Assembly: GCF_009914755.1 (NCBI RefSeq)
Contig: NC_060935.1
DNA length: 64,000 nt
DNA from: the human T2T-CHM13v2.0 reference genome, Homo sapiens
Strand: one strand, 5' to 3'
The notes below the pieces were generated by a model. The model was not told the origin of the DNA, ran no database searches, and worked only from the letters and a program-made list of their open reading frames with translations. Position 1 is the first letter of the stretch. The number at the start of each line of letters is the position of its first letter. This document shows positions 1 to 14,215 of the stretch, in pieces. A program made the position numbers and the translations under genes.

Positions 1-584
1 GCTACATTTTTTCTCCCCTCCCCGCCAGCCCCCATCTTTTATTCCTATGAGGTAGACAATAAAGAGAGTTGAATTCACCTTGCCCTTGGGGAAGAAGGAA
101 GATGAAGACATTTCCCCCGGGCTGGGCAGAGGCCCAAATTAGCCCATGAGGCCAAAGGCAATAAATAATCCCCGGACCTCTGAGGTCAGGGCCCTGCCTC
201 CTCCGCAGCCACCCTGACCTGCATAATGGGACCACAGGCAGTTATGATTCATGCACACACTGCCTGGGCTCCTGCCAGCCCGGTCTGAAGAAGCTTCACA
301 GTTGGAACTGGATAGGCCTAAAAATATGGCCCCCCAGGGACAGCTTGGGCCATGCTCTGGGGAGCCTGGTGGGGCTAGAGGCCTAGAGAGAGTTCTTAGA
401 ATCAGTACTGGAAACACAGGGCTGATTCAGCCTTCTTCTGTCTGCAGCTGGAGCCCCAGGGAGAAATCAACAGCCATAACCCAACCAGACAGAGCAAAAA
501 GAAATGAGTTTAAAGCACCAGAAGGAGGACTTAGATAATAATAATGCAGTGAGTGGCTTGGGCAGCAACTGTTGCAATAATATC

Positions 585-790
585 ACCTCCCATTTGTACA
601 GGACTTTACTGTGCACAAAATGCTCTTACATATATTATCGTATTTGACCCTCAGGACAACCCTGTGAAATAGACAATCTTTGCCGGGATTTTCAAGTGAG
701 AGAGTTTGGAACTCAGAGAGATTAATCAATTCACCAGAAGTCACACAGCTAGTGAGAGGCCAGGTCTTTTGACTTTACAATGCTAAAAGG
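585..790 (-). mobile_element. MIR SINE relic
   Basis: Degenerate MIR core (cctcaggacaaccctgtga...ctcagagagattaa...gtcacacagctagt); boundaries approximate. Confidence 0.65.
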
Positions 791-1402
791 GGATCTACCT
801 GAATGAACCAGAGGACATACAGAGCTAAAGAATAAAGAAATGTCATAGTTATCTTTTAAGAATAGAAGACTCCCCACTATGTTTGGAGGAAGTTCAGATA
901 GAGAATCTGGCTGGGGAGGAAATAAAATGACTCCCCAAAGCCTCAAGCTTATACCAGGGCAGGTGGGAGGGCAGAAGGGCTGTGCCCATGAACACCAGAG
1001 TGTATATTTTGCCTTCAAACACATAATCTCCTAGCACAGTGACAATAGAGACTTGGCTTCTATTTTTAGACACCAGTGGATGTGGAGGATGGGGTCAACG
1101 ATGGAATTCTCAGCTCAGGCCTTAGACAAGACCCTCCACGGTGCAGTGTGTGCATGAGCAGAGGATGTAAGGAACTAGGGTGCAGGGAGAGTCAGACTAG
1201 TACTTATGAGATCTCAGGAAATTAGAAAGAAAAATAAATCTCTGAGTTTGTTTTTGTGAGCTCCAGAGGGGGATGGCAAGAGACTCAGTTGGGAAAAGCC
1301 AGCCAGGAAAACAGCTGCTCTGCCCATTCTATGAACGAAGAGGATGCATCCCAAGGGCCTATTTCCTCGTTCTAGAGAGTTTCCAAGGCAAGGCCTGAGT
1401 GA

Positions 1403-1580
<178 letters not shown>

Positions 1581-1869
1581 CTGAGTGGATTTTCTCCTTG
1601 CCTCACCTTTCATTTCCTGCCCAGTGGAGTGAAGAGGATTCTCCAGGTTTCTCAGCCACCACAGTTGGTATCCTTACCTCCATGAGAATTATTCATACCC
1701 TGTGAGGTGGTGAACTGGCTTGATGGGCCTCTCTTCCTGGGCTTTGTGAGCCTCAGGAATGCTGCCCAGCCAGGCCCAAGTCCTGGTCTGCATCATCTTT
1801 GCCTTAAGGAGGATGGTGCAATCCTCCATCCCTTGGCCCCAAGTGCTCAGACAACTTTGTTTCAAGGAG

Positions 1870-2515
1870 CAGAGTACAGTCAGAAAAACAGAAACCACTC
1901 TAGGCATTTCAACAGAAAGTATTTTATACAGGGGCTTGGTTAAATGGAAGGAAGCAGTCCTTACCTAGGTCTGGATGAACAATGAGGAGAACCTGGGGTT
2001 ACCAGAACCGAGAAGCTCCGAGGAGGAACCCTGCAGCACTTGGAGCTACACCTCAAAGCTGGGGGTGCTGCCTGGGTGCTGCTGTTGCCTCTGAAGCTTG
2101 AAGGAGGGGCCCCAAGGCTCAGAGTTCTGAGGTGTGACCCAGCTGCTGCTAATATCTTAGGAGCTTGGGAAGGGGCTCTGTGGAGTGGGGACTCAGATGT
2201 CCAAGAAGGGGGCACTGCCTGGCTGGTGCTGTGACCTCTTGGGGGGCGTGCAGTGAGGCTGGTACTGGGAGAGCCAACGAAGCTGTCAGTTGGAAGCAAT
2301 TACTGGACAGAGCTTCTCTCCAGGCACGACACTGGCAGAAGCACCAGGCAAATAGGGAGCAACAAATCCTTTCTCATCTCCTTCAGCTTTCTCATCTCCC
2401 TCTAGCTCCCGCTAGATGCAGAGCCAAGCAGGAGCTAACTGGCAAAAGAGAAATGCAATTTGTAGCGTTCCAGAGCCTGTGTCCCAAAGCAGAACAGAGA
2501 AAGGTGGGGCATCCT
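1870..2515 (-). mobile_element. Ancient ERV-type LTR relic (subfamily not resolved)
   Basis: cagtcagaaaaacagaaaccactctaggcatttcaacag and ctggcaaaagagaaatg...cccaaagcagaacagagaaaggtggg resemble old eutherian LTR consensus from memory. Confidence 0.4.
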
Positions 2516-3652
2516 CTGATTCCCAGAGGATGTATTCATGGGGGGATATTTTCCAGACAGGCATAAGAAACCTCAGAAGGTAGTTTGGACTCTCTTTCAG
2601 CCCATGCACTTGGCCATCTGTTTGAGTCTCTATTGTCTGATCTGTCAGTTCTTCATTTTCTATGACAGGTCCTGGGGCTTTTATACACTGCTTTTATTTA
2701 TTTTTTTTAAATGAGAAGTTGGGACCACATCTCATTTTTATCCCTTTGGGGATCATCTTGATCCTCTGCTCCTTGCCCCAAACTGCACAAAGCCCACTTC
2801 CAAGTGATAGGAAAAAGGGAGATTCAACTGTCAAACAATAATAGCAAGATATTATCAATGTAGGCCTGTGATTGTGTCATATAAAAAATAAAATACACAC
2901 CAGTTAATCAAAGCACTACAGACACTTTTAAGTAATCCCACTTTGGCTTTGCATAACTCCATACACTGCCGGCAGTGCTCTTGTCTACCACCAGAGACCA
3001 TAATATACATCAAAAATTCTCCTTTAAATTTATTTTCAGTAAAGATTGGTCTTTTGAACTGCGGCAGTGGAGGCTTAAGGGTACAAAATCTCTCTCGCCT
3101 TTTTCTCTTTTCTTTTTCTGTCTCCCCCATCTTTCTCTGGTAGGGCGGTGACTCTGGGGCAGGGGAAGGGAGCAGCAGTGGGTTCCACACATCCTGTTGA
3201 AACTTCTGTCCTTTGCATGGATCAGTTCCTCTCATCTGACACTTGATTAAGTCATTAAAGCAGGAAGGTGAAGAAAGGTTGAGCTGCAGCAAAAAGGAGA
3301 GAGAGACAATTCCCTCCATTTGCTTGGGAGAACGCCTCCAATTGCTGGGCCCAAGGATGGTCTTGAGCTACCCCAGCTGGGATAACACAAACTTAAGGCT
3401 TTCTTAAAATCCCAGATTCTGTGACATGTACAACATTGGGTGCTTAGGGGCACAGATGACAACCCCACACCATTGTGGAATCCTTTCTTGCTGCCCTCAC
3501 CAATAGGACAATGAATGAGATAGCCTTCCCAAATCATAGGGGGACGGTGGCAGGTCAGTTTGTCATGACAAACAGTATATTTTAGTGGCTAAACCTTACT
3601 CCTAGGTTTGAATTGGAATTTATTACTTCATAGCTGTATGACTTGATGTCAG

Positions 3653-3702
3653 GGATTTTTAAAATTGCGGTTAAATATACATGACAAAATTTACCATTTT
3701 AA

Positions 3703-3735
<33 letters not shown>

Positions 3736-4340
3736 AGGCAGGGTCTCACTTTGTCCCCCAGGCTGGAGTGCAGTGGTACGGTCATGGTCACTGCAGCCTT
3801 GGCCTCCCGGGCTCCAGTGATCCTCCCACCTCAGCCTCCTGAGTAGCTGGGACTACAGGCACATGCTACCATATCCAGCTAATTTTTTTTTTTTTTTTGT
3901 ATTTTTTGTAGAGACAAGGTTCTTCCATGTTGCCCAGATTGGTCTCAAACTCCTGAGCTCAAGTAATCCACCTGCCTCAGCTTCCCAAAGTGTTGAGATT
4001 ACAGCGTGAGCCTCCGCTCCTGGCCCATTTTCACAATTTTTAAGTGCGCAGCTCACGGGTATTAGGTATATTCAGATTGTTGTGCACCCATCGCCACAGT
4101 CCATCTCCAGAACTTTTTTAGCCTCTTGAATTGAAACGTTATACCCATTAAACACTAATTCCTCATCCCACTCCCCACAGCCCCTGGTAACCACCATTCC
4201 ACTTTCTGTCTCTACGGCTTTGTCCATTCTAGGTATGTCACAGAAAGGGAATCATGTAGCATTTGTCTTTTTTGTGCCTCGCTTATTTCACTTAGCATAA
4301 TGCCCCCAGGGTTTGTCTGTGTTGCAGCGTGTGTCCCGGA
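3653..4340 (-). mobile_element. L1MB-type LINE-1 3' end, interrupted by an Alu
   Basis: aaaatttaccattttaacc...ccatctccagaact...cagcccctggtaaccaccattccactttctgtctct...cttatttcacttagcataatg is typical L1MB 3'UTR in reverse orientation. Confidence 0.8.
3704..4026 (-). mobile_element. AluJ
   Basis: Full dimer with long poly(T) and J-type positions (cactgcagccttggcctcccgggctc, ctcctgagctcaag). Confidence 0.93.
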
Positions 4341-4779
4341 TGTCAGTCTTTGCTCTAAGTAGACTGAGAGTTGCCAGCTCATATACTCTGCTCCCTTGCC
4401 CTGCCTCAAAATGAAGAGTGGGCTAAGTGAAACCTATAGGGGGAAGAATGAGAATATATCCATAGACTCTTAGAGGTGAAGGGGATCTTAAATGTCATCT
4501 GATTCTACCTCCCACCATTGGGGGACATCCTCACTGTCAGCTCTGAGCGGGAAGGTGGACTGGTAAGAGTGGTAATCCTCTATATTTTTAAAGTAATTTA
4601 TATTTTTTCCTGAGATGTTTCTATCCATGATTTCACTGGATCCTAACAACAATTCTAATATAGGTCCAGGCAGGTCTTATTTTCCTGGAAACCAAAGCCC
4701 AGAGGTAGAGTTGAATTTGCTTCTGAACAATTGTGACGGAGTCTCTTGTTTTTTAGTCTTCCATCCTTTCCCACAGTAG

Positions 4780-5192
<413 letters not shown>

Positions 5193-7387
5193 TAAGCTAT
5201 ATGAGCCTTCTAGATCATGTCCCAGAAAAAGAAAGGTGCTGCTTAGGAATTGTCGGATTTGAGCTGGGGTGAAGCTAAGAGCTCAGAACAGGGGGACCCC
5301 CTGCACTAGAGATTTCACAGCTTCATGAAGGCCACCATCTTGGGAGTTGGGAGATTCTTCTGGCATTTGAACTAAATTCCTTCTACAATAATAATAATTG
5401 TCTTCTGTTTTATCTTGAGATCAATGGAAGCAGAGAGGAATAGCTGCTGTCAATTACGCTATACCTGTACAAGACAAATTTCTCACCCAACCTCCTTGCC
5501 CTTGGCTGAATCATCCAATCCTGAACTTCCATGGAGAAGAGAGAAGTCCATGGACAGGGATTTTCCTCATCAGCTGCTCCTGACCACAGTATTGGGGTTT
5601 GAGTGCTCAAGGTGCCCCTAAGGAACCATCCCAAGGGTATTTTCCCTAGAGGTCTCTTAAGAGTTGGGTGAAATTTAAGAAGAGCAAGCTGCCTTCCATC
5701 TGCTATCCCCGGGGTCATGTGCCCCCAGATGGTGCAGGATGAGTGGGGGCAAAGGGCAAGGGGGAAGTATGTCAACTGGAACATCACAGAAGTCTAAATA
5801 AGGACTGTTCTGTTTGCCATCCATCTCTTATTTTTTTGATCTCACTAAAGGAATACAACCCTATAATAAACACTCCAGCCTTACATAAATAAGCACCAGC
5901 TTGCAACTGCCTCTGTAGCCAGCTCACTGGATTCCTGAGATTAAGAACACAGGTATACCTCTTAGAAGGTGTCACAGCTAGGAACTATAAAAGTCATCCA
6001 CAATGAAAGTGATGAGACACTTGGGTGGGTAGCCAAATGGTGTTGGGGTGGGGTCGGAAATGGGGTAAATGCTACAGAAACAGCTTCCCTGGGGATAAGA
6101 AAGCCTAGGAGAAATGCTGGTGTCTGAACAGTCCAGATGTAGGAACAGTTGAAACAATCTTATTTGGGCTTGAGCAGCCAAAAGACTCTGGAAATCCAGG
6201 TCTGAGCCTCTGGAGCTTTCTTTTCAGCTGCCCCAGCTGCACATTCCTGAAAAGCCAGCACTTGCACGAGGCATCTCCCAACTCAGACATGAGTCACGCC
6301 AGCTTATTTTAAGTCCTGACCTCTTCCCGGGAAGGGACTCCGACATGGAAAGCCACGTGCTGTGAAGCAACCATGGACCCCGGCCAAGGGAAATAGAGGC
6401 CCCCAACAGCTTCCTGACAGTGTCCTTCCCAGAAGCCCAGTGTGAGCAAGGGCCAGGAGCAGCTGTGGGCACTCATGCCCCCTCCCTTGCCAGGGCGGAA
6501 CAGTGGGCCGCACCACACCAGCAGCTCTTGTACCCACCGTGATGCTGCTGACGGCTGGGGCAGGGGGTGCCAGGCAGTGAGGGAAGCCCTGTGTGCTCCT
6601 CTTTCCAGGACTCTGGCCTTGGTTTTCCAGTCCACACCAGATTGTCCTGAAAGGCTACTGCAGTCCTTTGGGGATAAATGGACAGAGGGAGTATGAAGCC
6701 CATGCTCTCTCAGCCAAATGTATTTAAGCCTTTTAATAATTCATATCCCCATTTCCATACACAGCCCCACTTAAAGAGGGATCCCAGGGAAACCTAAAAG
6801 CTTTTCTGATTGCACCAGCTCATCCAGCATCTTCATAAAAGGTTCTCAACTGGCCTCTCAGAATCGACGGCAGCAATGCTTATGAAGAAAACTAATAGTT
6901 CCAGCTGGTAGTCATTGAAAAGTCACTTAATATTTCTCAGTGCAAGGAGCTCAACTTAATGGGACACAATGTTTTTTCCCTAAGCAGTTGGGAAAAAAAA
7001 ACCTTGACATCATATTAATAATGTCAAGTTTTATTGGCTCTCTTATTTGACATGATATTAAACTTTTCAGGCTCTATCTCGACTGAGGTACAAGGTTGTT
7101 AAAATGTGGACAGATTGGAGCGCTACAAAAATGTGGCATGGAAGAAATGCCTGTCCAGGTGAGTGTAGAGAGATGGAAAGCCGGTGACATGGGGCTTAAT
7201 AGACAAATCTACTTTGCGGAAAAACTCTTAGTACGTCACCTCCTTCCCTACACTGCCTTCTTTCTGAGACCGATGATGCAGGCACCTTAGGGGAAGATGG
7301 GGCTTCAGAACTCTATGGCATAGGGTTGTTCATTGTCCTCTGCAAGTCTAGTTTTCTGGACAGAATAAAGTGAAGACATCATGTTAA

Positions 7388-8000
<613 letters not shown>

Positions 8001-9944
8001 TATTCAAATAGGCTATAGCCTGAAATTATATGCTTACCACCCTTCAATATAATGGGAGCCATTATGAAGATGAAATATGTCACATATGCAAAGTCTAGGG
8101 ACCCCAGCCTGGCCCTTGGACCTCTCCCTACCCTGGACATCCGTCCTCTTTCACCATTTTCACTGTTGGGGACTGAGAGGCAACCAAGAGGGAGGTTTAT
8201 CCAGCAGGCAGTCAGCACTGACTTCGCCTGTCAGGCGCAACACCATAAATAACATATTTTAACCAAAGAACACCCCAGCAACCCAATAATGCATATCTAA
8301 AGCCATTTTGACGTTGCAGAGATACAGTAATACTTTTATGCTTTGTTTAAAGAAATTGTTTGCAGCATATTTGTAGTGAAATCAGTCCAAAGAGTTTATT
8401 TGGGATGATTGATTTATAGGAATCCAGCTCCCATACCCAGAGGATGACACTTAAATCATATCTTCTTTTCATTTATAATAAGGAACAAAATGATCATATT
8501 TTGACAAGTCTGATCATTTTGGGGGTTGAGCAGGTTCCCTCAGTGGGCTCAGTCTATAGCTCACAGAACTGATAGAATATTATTATGTCTCATTAAAATC
8601 AGCTGCAGCTGCTTCAGATGGCGGCCCCAAAGAAAACAAAGCTGCTGGCAGTTTATCCTAGAGTAGTCAGTCTACCTACTGATTTTTAAGAAGGGGACAA
8701 GTGGAAATCTTTTCAGTTGTGCTTGCCAAAGCCCATCTTCCCTGGGTTTGAACTTAGAACATCTCCTTAAAACAGACCGGCCCCACCTAGGGCTGACATC
8801 ACAAGTCTTTCTGTGTCCTCTCTCCCCGCTTGATGCTACAATGCTGCTGCAGCCTCTGGCCTTCTGACCCCACAGAGGCTGTATCCCATTTCTAGGACTA
8901 ATGGGAATCTAAACTGCCCAGGCTTAATGGGGAGGGTGACATTTGCTGTTTTGGCACCTGCCTCCTCACTAAACCAAACAAGCCGGTTTTGTAGTTCTCA
9001 TTTGTTTCCAGATTCACAGCCGGGGCAAAAGCCGCCTGTGTCACATCCCCAGAATCTGTGCTGTTATTTCCATATTTGTGTTCAGCTCCTGAGGCTGGGC
9101 TTTGGGTCATGCTGAGCAAAGTCTGCCTTCTGCCCTGTCTGAAAGTCCCCTTTCGCTCCCCTGCGAATGACGGCAGGACTCCTCTGCTGGTCTCCCCATC
9201 AGACTGGGGCCCGGCCCTGTACCGCTCCCACTTCTTGAGAAGTGAGCTCAGTCTGTGACAGCCACACAGTGAAAAGACCGGAAAAGTTCTCCCGGAACAA
9301 AACCTCACCAAGTTCTCGGGGTCCATGGCAGTCTGCGTAAGAGTAGTACAGTGAAAGAGCTTCCTTCTCTCATCTCCCTCTTTCATCTTCCCTAATCCCC
9401 TCCCCTCAACTTATCTTTTTTTTCTCTCTGCCTCCAGCCCCCCTCCTCTTTCTATTCACTATCAAGAACAGCCAATTTAGCGGGCAGCCATACAGTTCCA
9501 GCAGAAGGCCCTGGGATCAGTGGCTATGGGGAATGGCACAGCCAGAAGGAGAAATCAAAGATGAAATGAGCATTTGGATCTTGCTTAAACTGAAGTTTGG
9601 CACCCTCTATGCATTATTCATGTGTGACATCGTCACCCTCTTCTCTACACTCTCCACTGAGCTACAAGAGAGCCCTGAATCCTCATGGCTTTGAAATAAT
9701 TTGCACAATGACACTGATCTATCTTCAACCCTGCAAACGCCCCATACAGGGCCAAGTTTTGGTCTGGCTCAGGTACAGGTGCAGGTCAGGTCAGCATGAA
9801 ACCACAATCATACCCTTTTGGCAAGACACTTCAAGGAAGTGGGTAATGATTCACATTTGGTGTTTAGCTTTTGATACCTGTACCAAATGGTCAAAACCCT
9901 AAGCAAGCAACTGGTCTTGATTGGATTGTTTAAAAATATGAATT

Positions 9945-10095
9945 ATTGACCTTGGGCAAGTCATTAGATTTCCCTGAGCTTTGATGTTCCGTCTCCAAAA
10001 CTTGGAGTCCATGATGACTTCCTTACAGGGATGCTGTGAGGACTGAATTAGTTAATACGTATATGTGGACATGCTTTGTAAACTATAAAATACTG
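9945..10095 (+). mobile_element. MIR
   Basis: tgaccttgggcaagtcatt...ccctgagct...acagggatgctgtgaggact...gctttgtaaact. Confidence 0.7.
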
Positions 10096-10129
10096 AATGA
10101 GTATAAAAGCAATTTAAAAAGGCCGAAGT

Positions 10130-10430
10130 GTATCAGGCATTCACGATGTGCTTGGTATTATGCAATTGGCACTTACTTGCTCATTTAATCTTCACAGAAA
10201 TCCCCATGAGGTTGATACTATTATTCCCCCTCCTTTTTTTTTTTTCATGTCAGGCGGGTAATGTGCTGACGTTGTAACAAGGTTTGAAGGAGGCACATCT
10301 CACACATGTGCCTGAACACCCAATCATCTCGCTTATGAACTACAAAAGGACCTCCCCTTTCTTAAGATGAGGAAATTCAGGACACTCAGAGAGGTGGTTA
10401 AGGGAAGTCCAGAGCTGAGATTCTAGTCTA
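10130..10430 (-). mobile_element. MIR split by the U13 retrocopy
   Basis: ctcatttaatcttcaca...ccccatgaggttgatactattattcccc continues after the insertion as agatgaggaaa...ctcagagagg. Confidence 0.7.
10234..10351 (-). pseudogene. SNORD13: U13 (SNORD13) C/D-box snoRNA retrocopy with poly(A) tail; symbol given is the parent gene
   Basis: Minus strand reads GTCCTTTTGTAGTTCATAAGCGAGATGATTGGGTGTTC...TGTGTGAGATGTGCC...AACCTTGTTAC...GCACATTACCCGCCTGACA followed by TG and A12. Colinear with U13 as I recall it, roughly 85% identical. Box C altered (AGATGA), box D CTGA intact. Confidence 0.92.
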
Positions 10431-11594
10431 GGCTGTCTCTTCCCTCCCACTTTGCAGGTACCCATTCCAGACTGAGGAGCAGGTAAGTCTCCTGGCTTTA
10501 TGCAGAAACACAAATATTGATTTACCAACAAGTCAAATATTTTCCCCTCCTTGGAATGCTCCTAAGCTGGAGGCACTTGGACATCTTGGGCCTCTGCTAC
10601 TTCATTTACACTGGTTTTCCATTGACCTGAATGGGTGGGCCAGTGACTATTTGCAAGGTTGGTTGGGAAGGGTTGGCTCTCAGCTTGGGATTCCTAGAAC
10701 AGATGCACTTGGGGGCCTCCTCTTGGCCTCCACCTCTGCGGATCCCAGGGCCAATCTTTTGTCTTAACCCATTTTCTCAGGAACTCATCTAAGAGAGCTA
10801 CCCCCTGGCGGGAGTAAGCTACCATCTCCAAGGGCCAGCACAGAACTTTGGGAGTGCCAATTGTGGAGAGAAGGGGGTGTTAGGAGAGATCGTCCCAGAG
10901 GATTACAGTGACAGGACACTTAGCCCTCCTCACAGGCACGAGTTTGGAATAATTACCCAGGGCAGACTCTCTGAAAGAGGAGGTAAGCTGGCTAAGGCTC
11001 TTAGAAGGCAGGCCTGATGACATTGTTATGTATCAGTCCAAGGCTCAGGACGCGGCGGGGTCAGGTATTAGCTGATTATCTGATTCTGTCAGCAGAGAGC
11101 TTTCAGTGAGTCCACAGAGCCAGCCCCCAGATTTCCGCACAGAAACGCTAAGCTTAGACACCTGCAAAGGAGTCCTCGTGTGAAGTTCTGCCCCTGGAAG
11201 GTGTCCTGGGTACTTACAGTATCAGCACTGGAGGCAGATCCTGCAGCTCCGAAACACCCTCCAAGCTTCACGTTGCCACATGGTTCTGGGAGATGAGGCC
11301 ACGGCAATCTGTGGCTTCCCTTGCTCCTGAACTTGAGCCTCTGATTCCCTCTCCTGTTGGAGGCTTTAACACGGTCAGTCTACAGACACCAGTTTTGGCT
11401 GTTGAAAAGCTTTCCACCTCCAACCCTGCTGGGGGTGGAAGAGAAGGACAGAAGGGGAGTGAGGAAGAGCCACTTCTGTGACAGAAATCAAAGCCAAGGC
11501 AGGCAGACACGTAGGTGGACTTGAGCGGCAATTAATTCTTTTCAATCAGGAGAGAGGCCCAAATGACAAGAGGAGGCACTAAATTTAGACATAA

Positions 11595-11972
<378 letters not shown>

Positions 11973-11979
11973 TGAACTT

Positions 11980-12480
<501 letters not shown>

Positions 12481-13284
12481 CAGTGCAGGCTCCCAGCTGC
12501 TGTTTTCCAGGTGCCTCCATAGAAAGAATGGAGAAATGCTGGGGAGAGCTCCATCTGGCCTAGTTGGGTACACACCCGGGAGACAGAGGACTTCATGGAG
12601 GGCATTCAGGCTGTGGGGATCTGTGAATGTGGCATTGTCACTGATGTGGCTCCTTCCTTTTTTCCCTTCCCACCCAATTTCTCCATGTAGCACCCCTCCC
12701 ACAAGCTAGCAGGAGGGTGGAAGTGAGGATGAAGGATCCTTGTGGGAAGCTGAGTCCAGCCCAGGATGCCTCTGCCCACTTCTGCTCTGCTCTTAGCACA
12801 GGTGCCTGGCTCCCACCTGTTGAGTTACAGGCCACTGACTTCCAAGTCAGGCCAGGAGGTCAGTCATCTTTTCCACCGATCCTCTGCCCTGAGCTGAGTT
12901 ATCTCGCACAAGTGGTACCCACTGGACCCCGTAGCTCTGGCCCTGCTGGAACTCCCTCGCAGCTTAGCAGGGGTTTTAAATCTGGCCCATGAGGCCTTGT
13001 CAGTTTCAAGAGCCCCCCCGACCTTTTAATAAACATTTCCTTTGTTATCAGAATTATTTCCTAATTCATTCCCTTCTGTCCCTGAAAATCTAAATCCTAT
13101 TTAAGTTAATGCCCTTCATTTTCATTTATAAAGACAGATACAAAATAATTATTTCCTATCTCCGTGGTTTCCTTATCTCCCGTCCTAATAATGCCTTCAG
13201 CAGATGAACATTCCCTGTCAGTTGAAACAGTTGGAGTGTTTGTTTTTTTCACTCTTTAAAGAAGAAAAATAAAATGCTTTCTCA

Positions 13285-13445
13285 GGCTTTGTCTCTTCTC
13301 TTCTCCTCTCTCCTCTTTTCTCTTTCTGCCTTTCTCGGCTCTTTTCTTCTCACTATCTGCTTTTCTCCCGGGCGCCCCCTCTCCCTCTTCTGACCCCCAC
13401 AGTGACCCTTTCTCTCCCTCTCCTGCACCCTCTCCTGCTGTCCTG
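13285..13445. repeat. Polypyrimidine (CT-rich) low-complexity tract
   Basis: tctcttctcttctcctctctcctcttttctctttc... seen directly. Confidence 0.75.
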
Positions 13446-14019
13446 GCCCTTGCCCAGCCCAGTGTTGCTGGGCGCCTCTCATTTTCCTGTCCGTAGTGCA
13501 ATTTCTCTGCGGCCTCACATCTGAATTTCATCAGCCCATGAGCCTGCCTTTGAGCTCAGGTCCCCCCAGCTAGTAAAACTGGTTTGGATGAGCAGACGCA
13601 GTCTCGAAAAGAAACATTCTTTGGTTTCCTCTCATGACAACTAGTGAGCAGAGAATTCACAGTTCCCTTCTCCGGGCGCCTCTTTGAAGTGTTTGATTGA
13701 AAGGAGAGGGGATGGAAAGGAATGGGGTGATGGGGGTTGGTAGTGGCGGGAACAAGGATTCCAGCTTTAACTAGCAACTCTGAAACCAGCGACCCAGACT
13801 TCCGGCGACCCTCTCTGTTCCTTGCCCATCTGGGTAGGGGAGATGCTGACTGATTTTTGGCTATCTGCACCAGATCCAGTCTTCCACCCTCCTCTCTTTT
13901 GTTTTCCAGTAAAACTCAACACACAATTTAAATCCAGGGTTTGGGAGAAAGTCATTAATAGAGTAGGCTGATTTTAAGGGAACTGGTTCTGTTCTCAGAA
14001 AGCAGTTGTTCAAATCCTA

Positions 14020-14215
14020 ACCATTAGCACATGCTGAATGCCTTCTATATGCCAGCTATGTAAATGATTTCATTTACTTCTCATGAGGACCCTGTGACCT
14101 AGCAGCTACTGTTTCCCCATTGTATGGATGAGGAAACTGAGGCTCAGAAAGACTGGGAAACTTGCTCACAGCCCTCGACCAGCAGAGGTACAACCAGGCC
14201 TCGAATCCAGGTTTT
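14020..14215 (-). mobile_element. MIR
   Basis: ccccattgtatggatgaggaaactgaggctcagaaag...acttgctcaca core. Confidence 0.8.
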
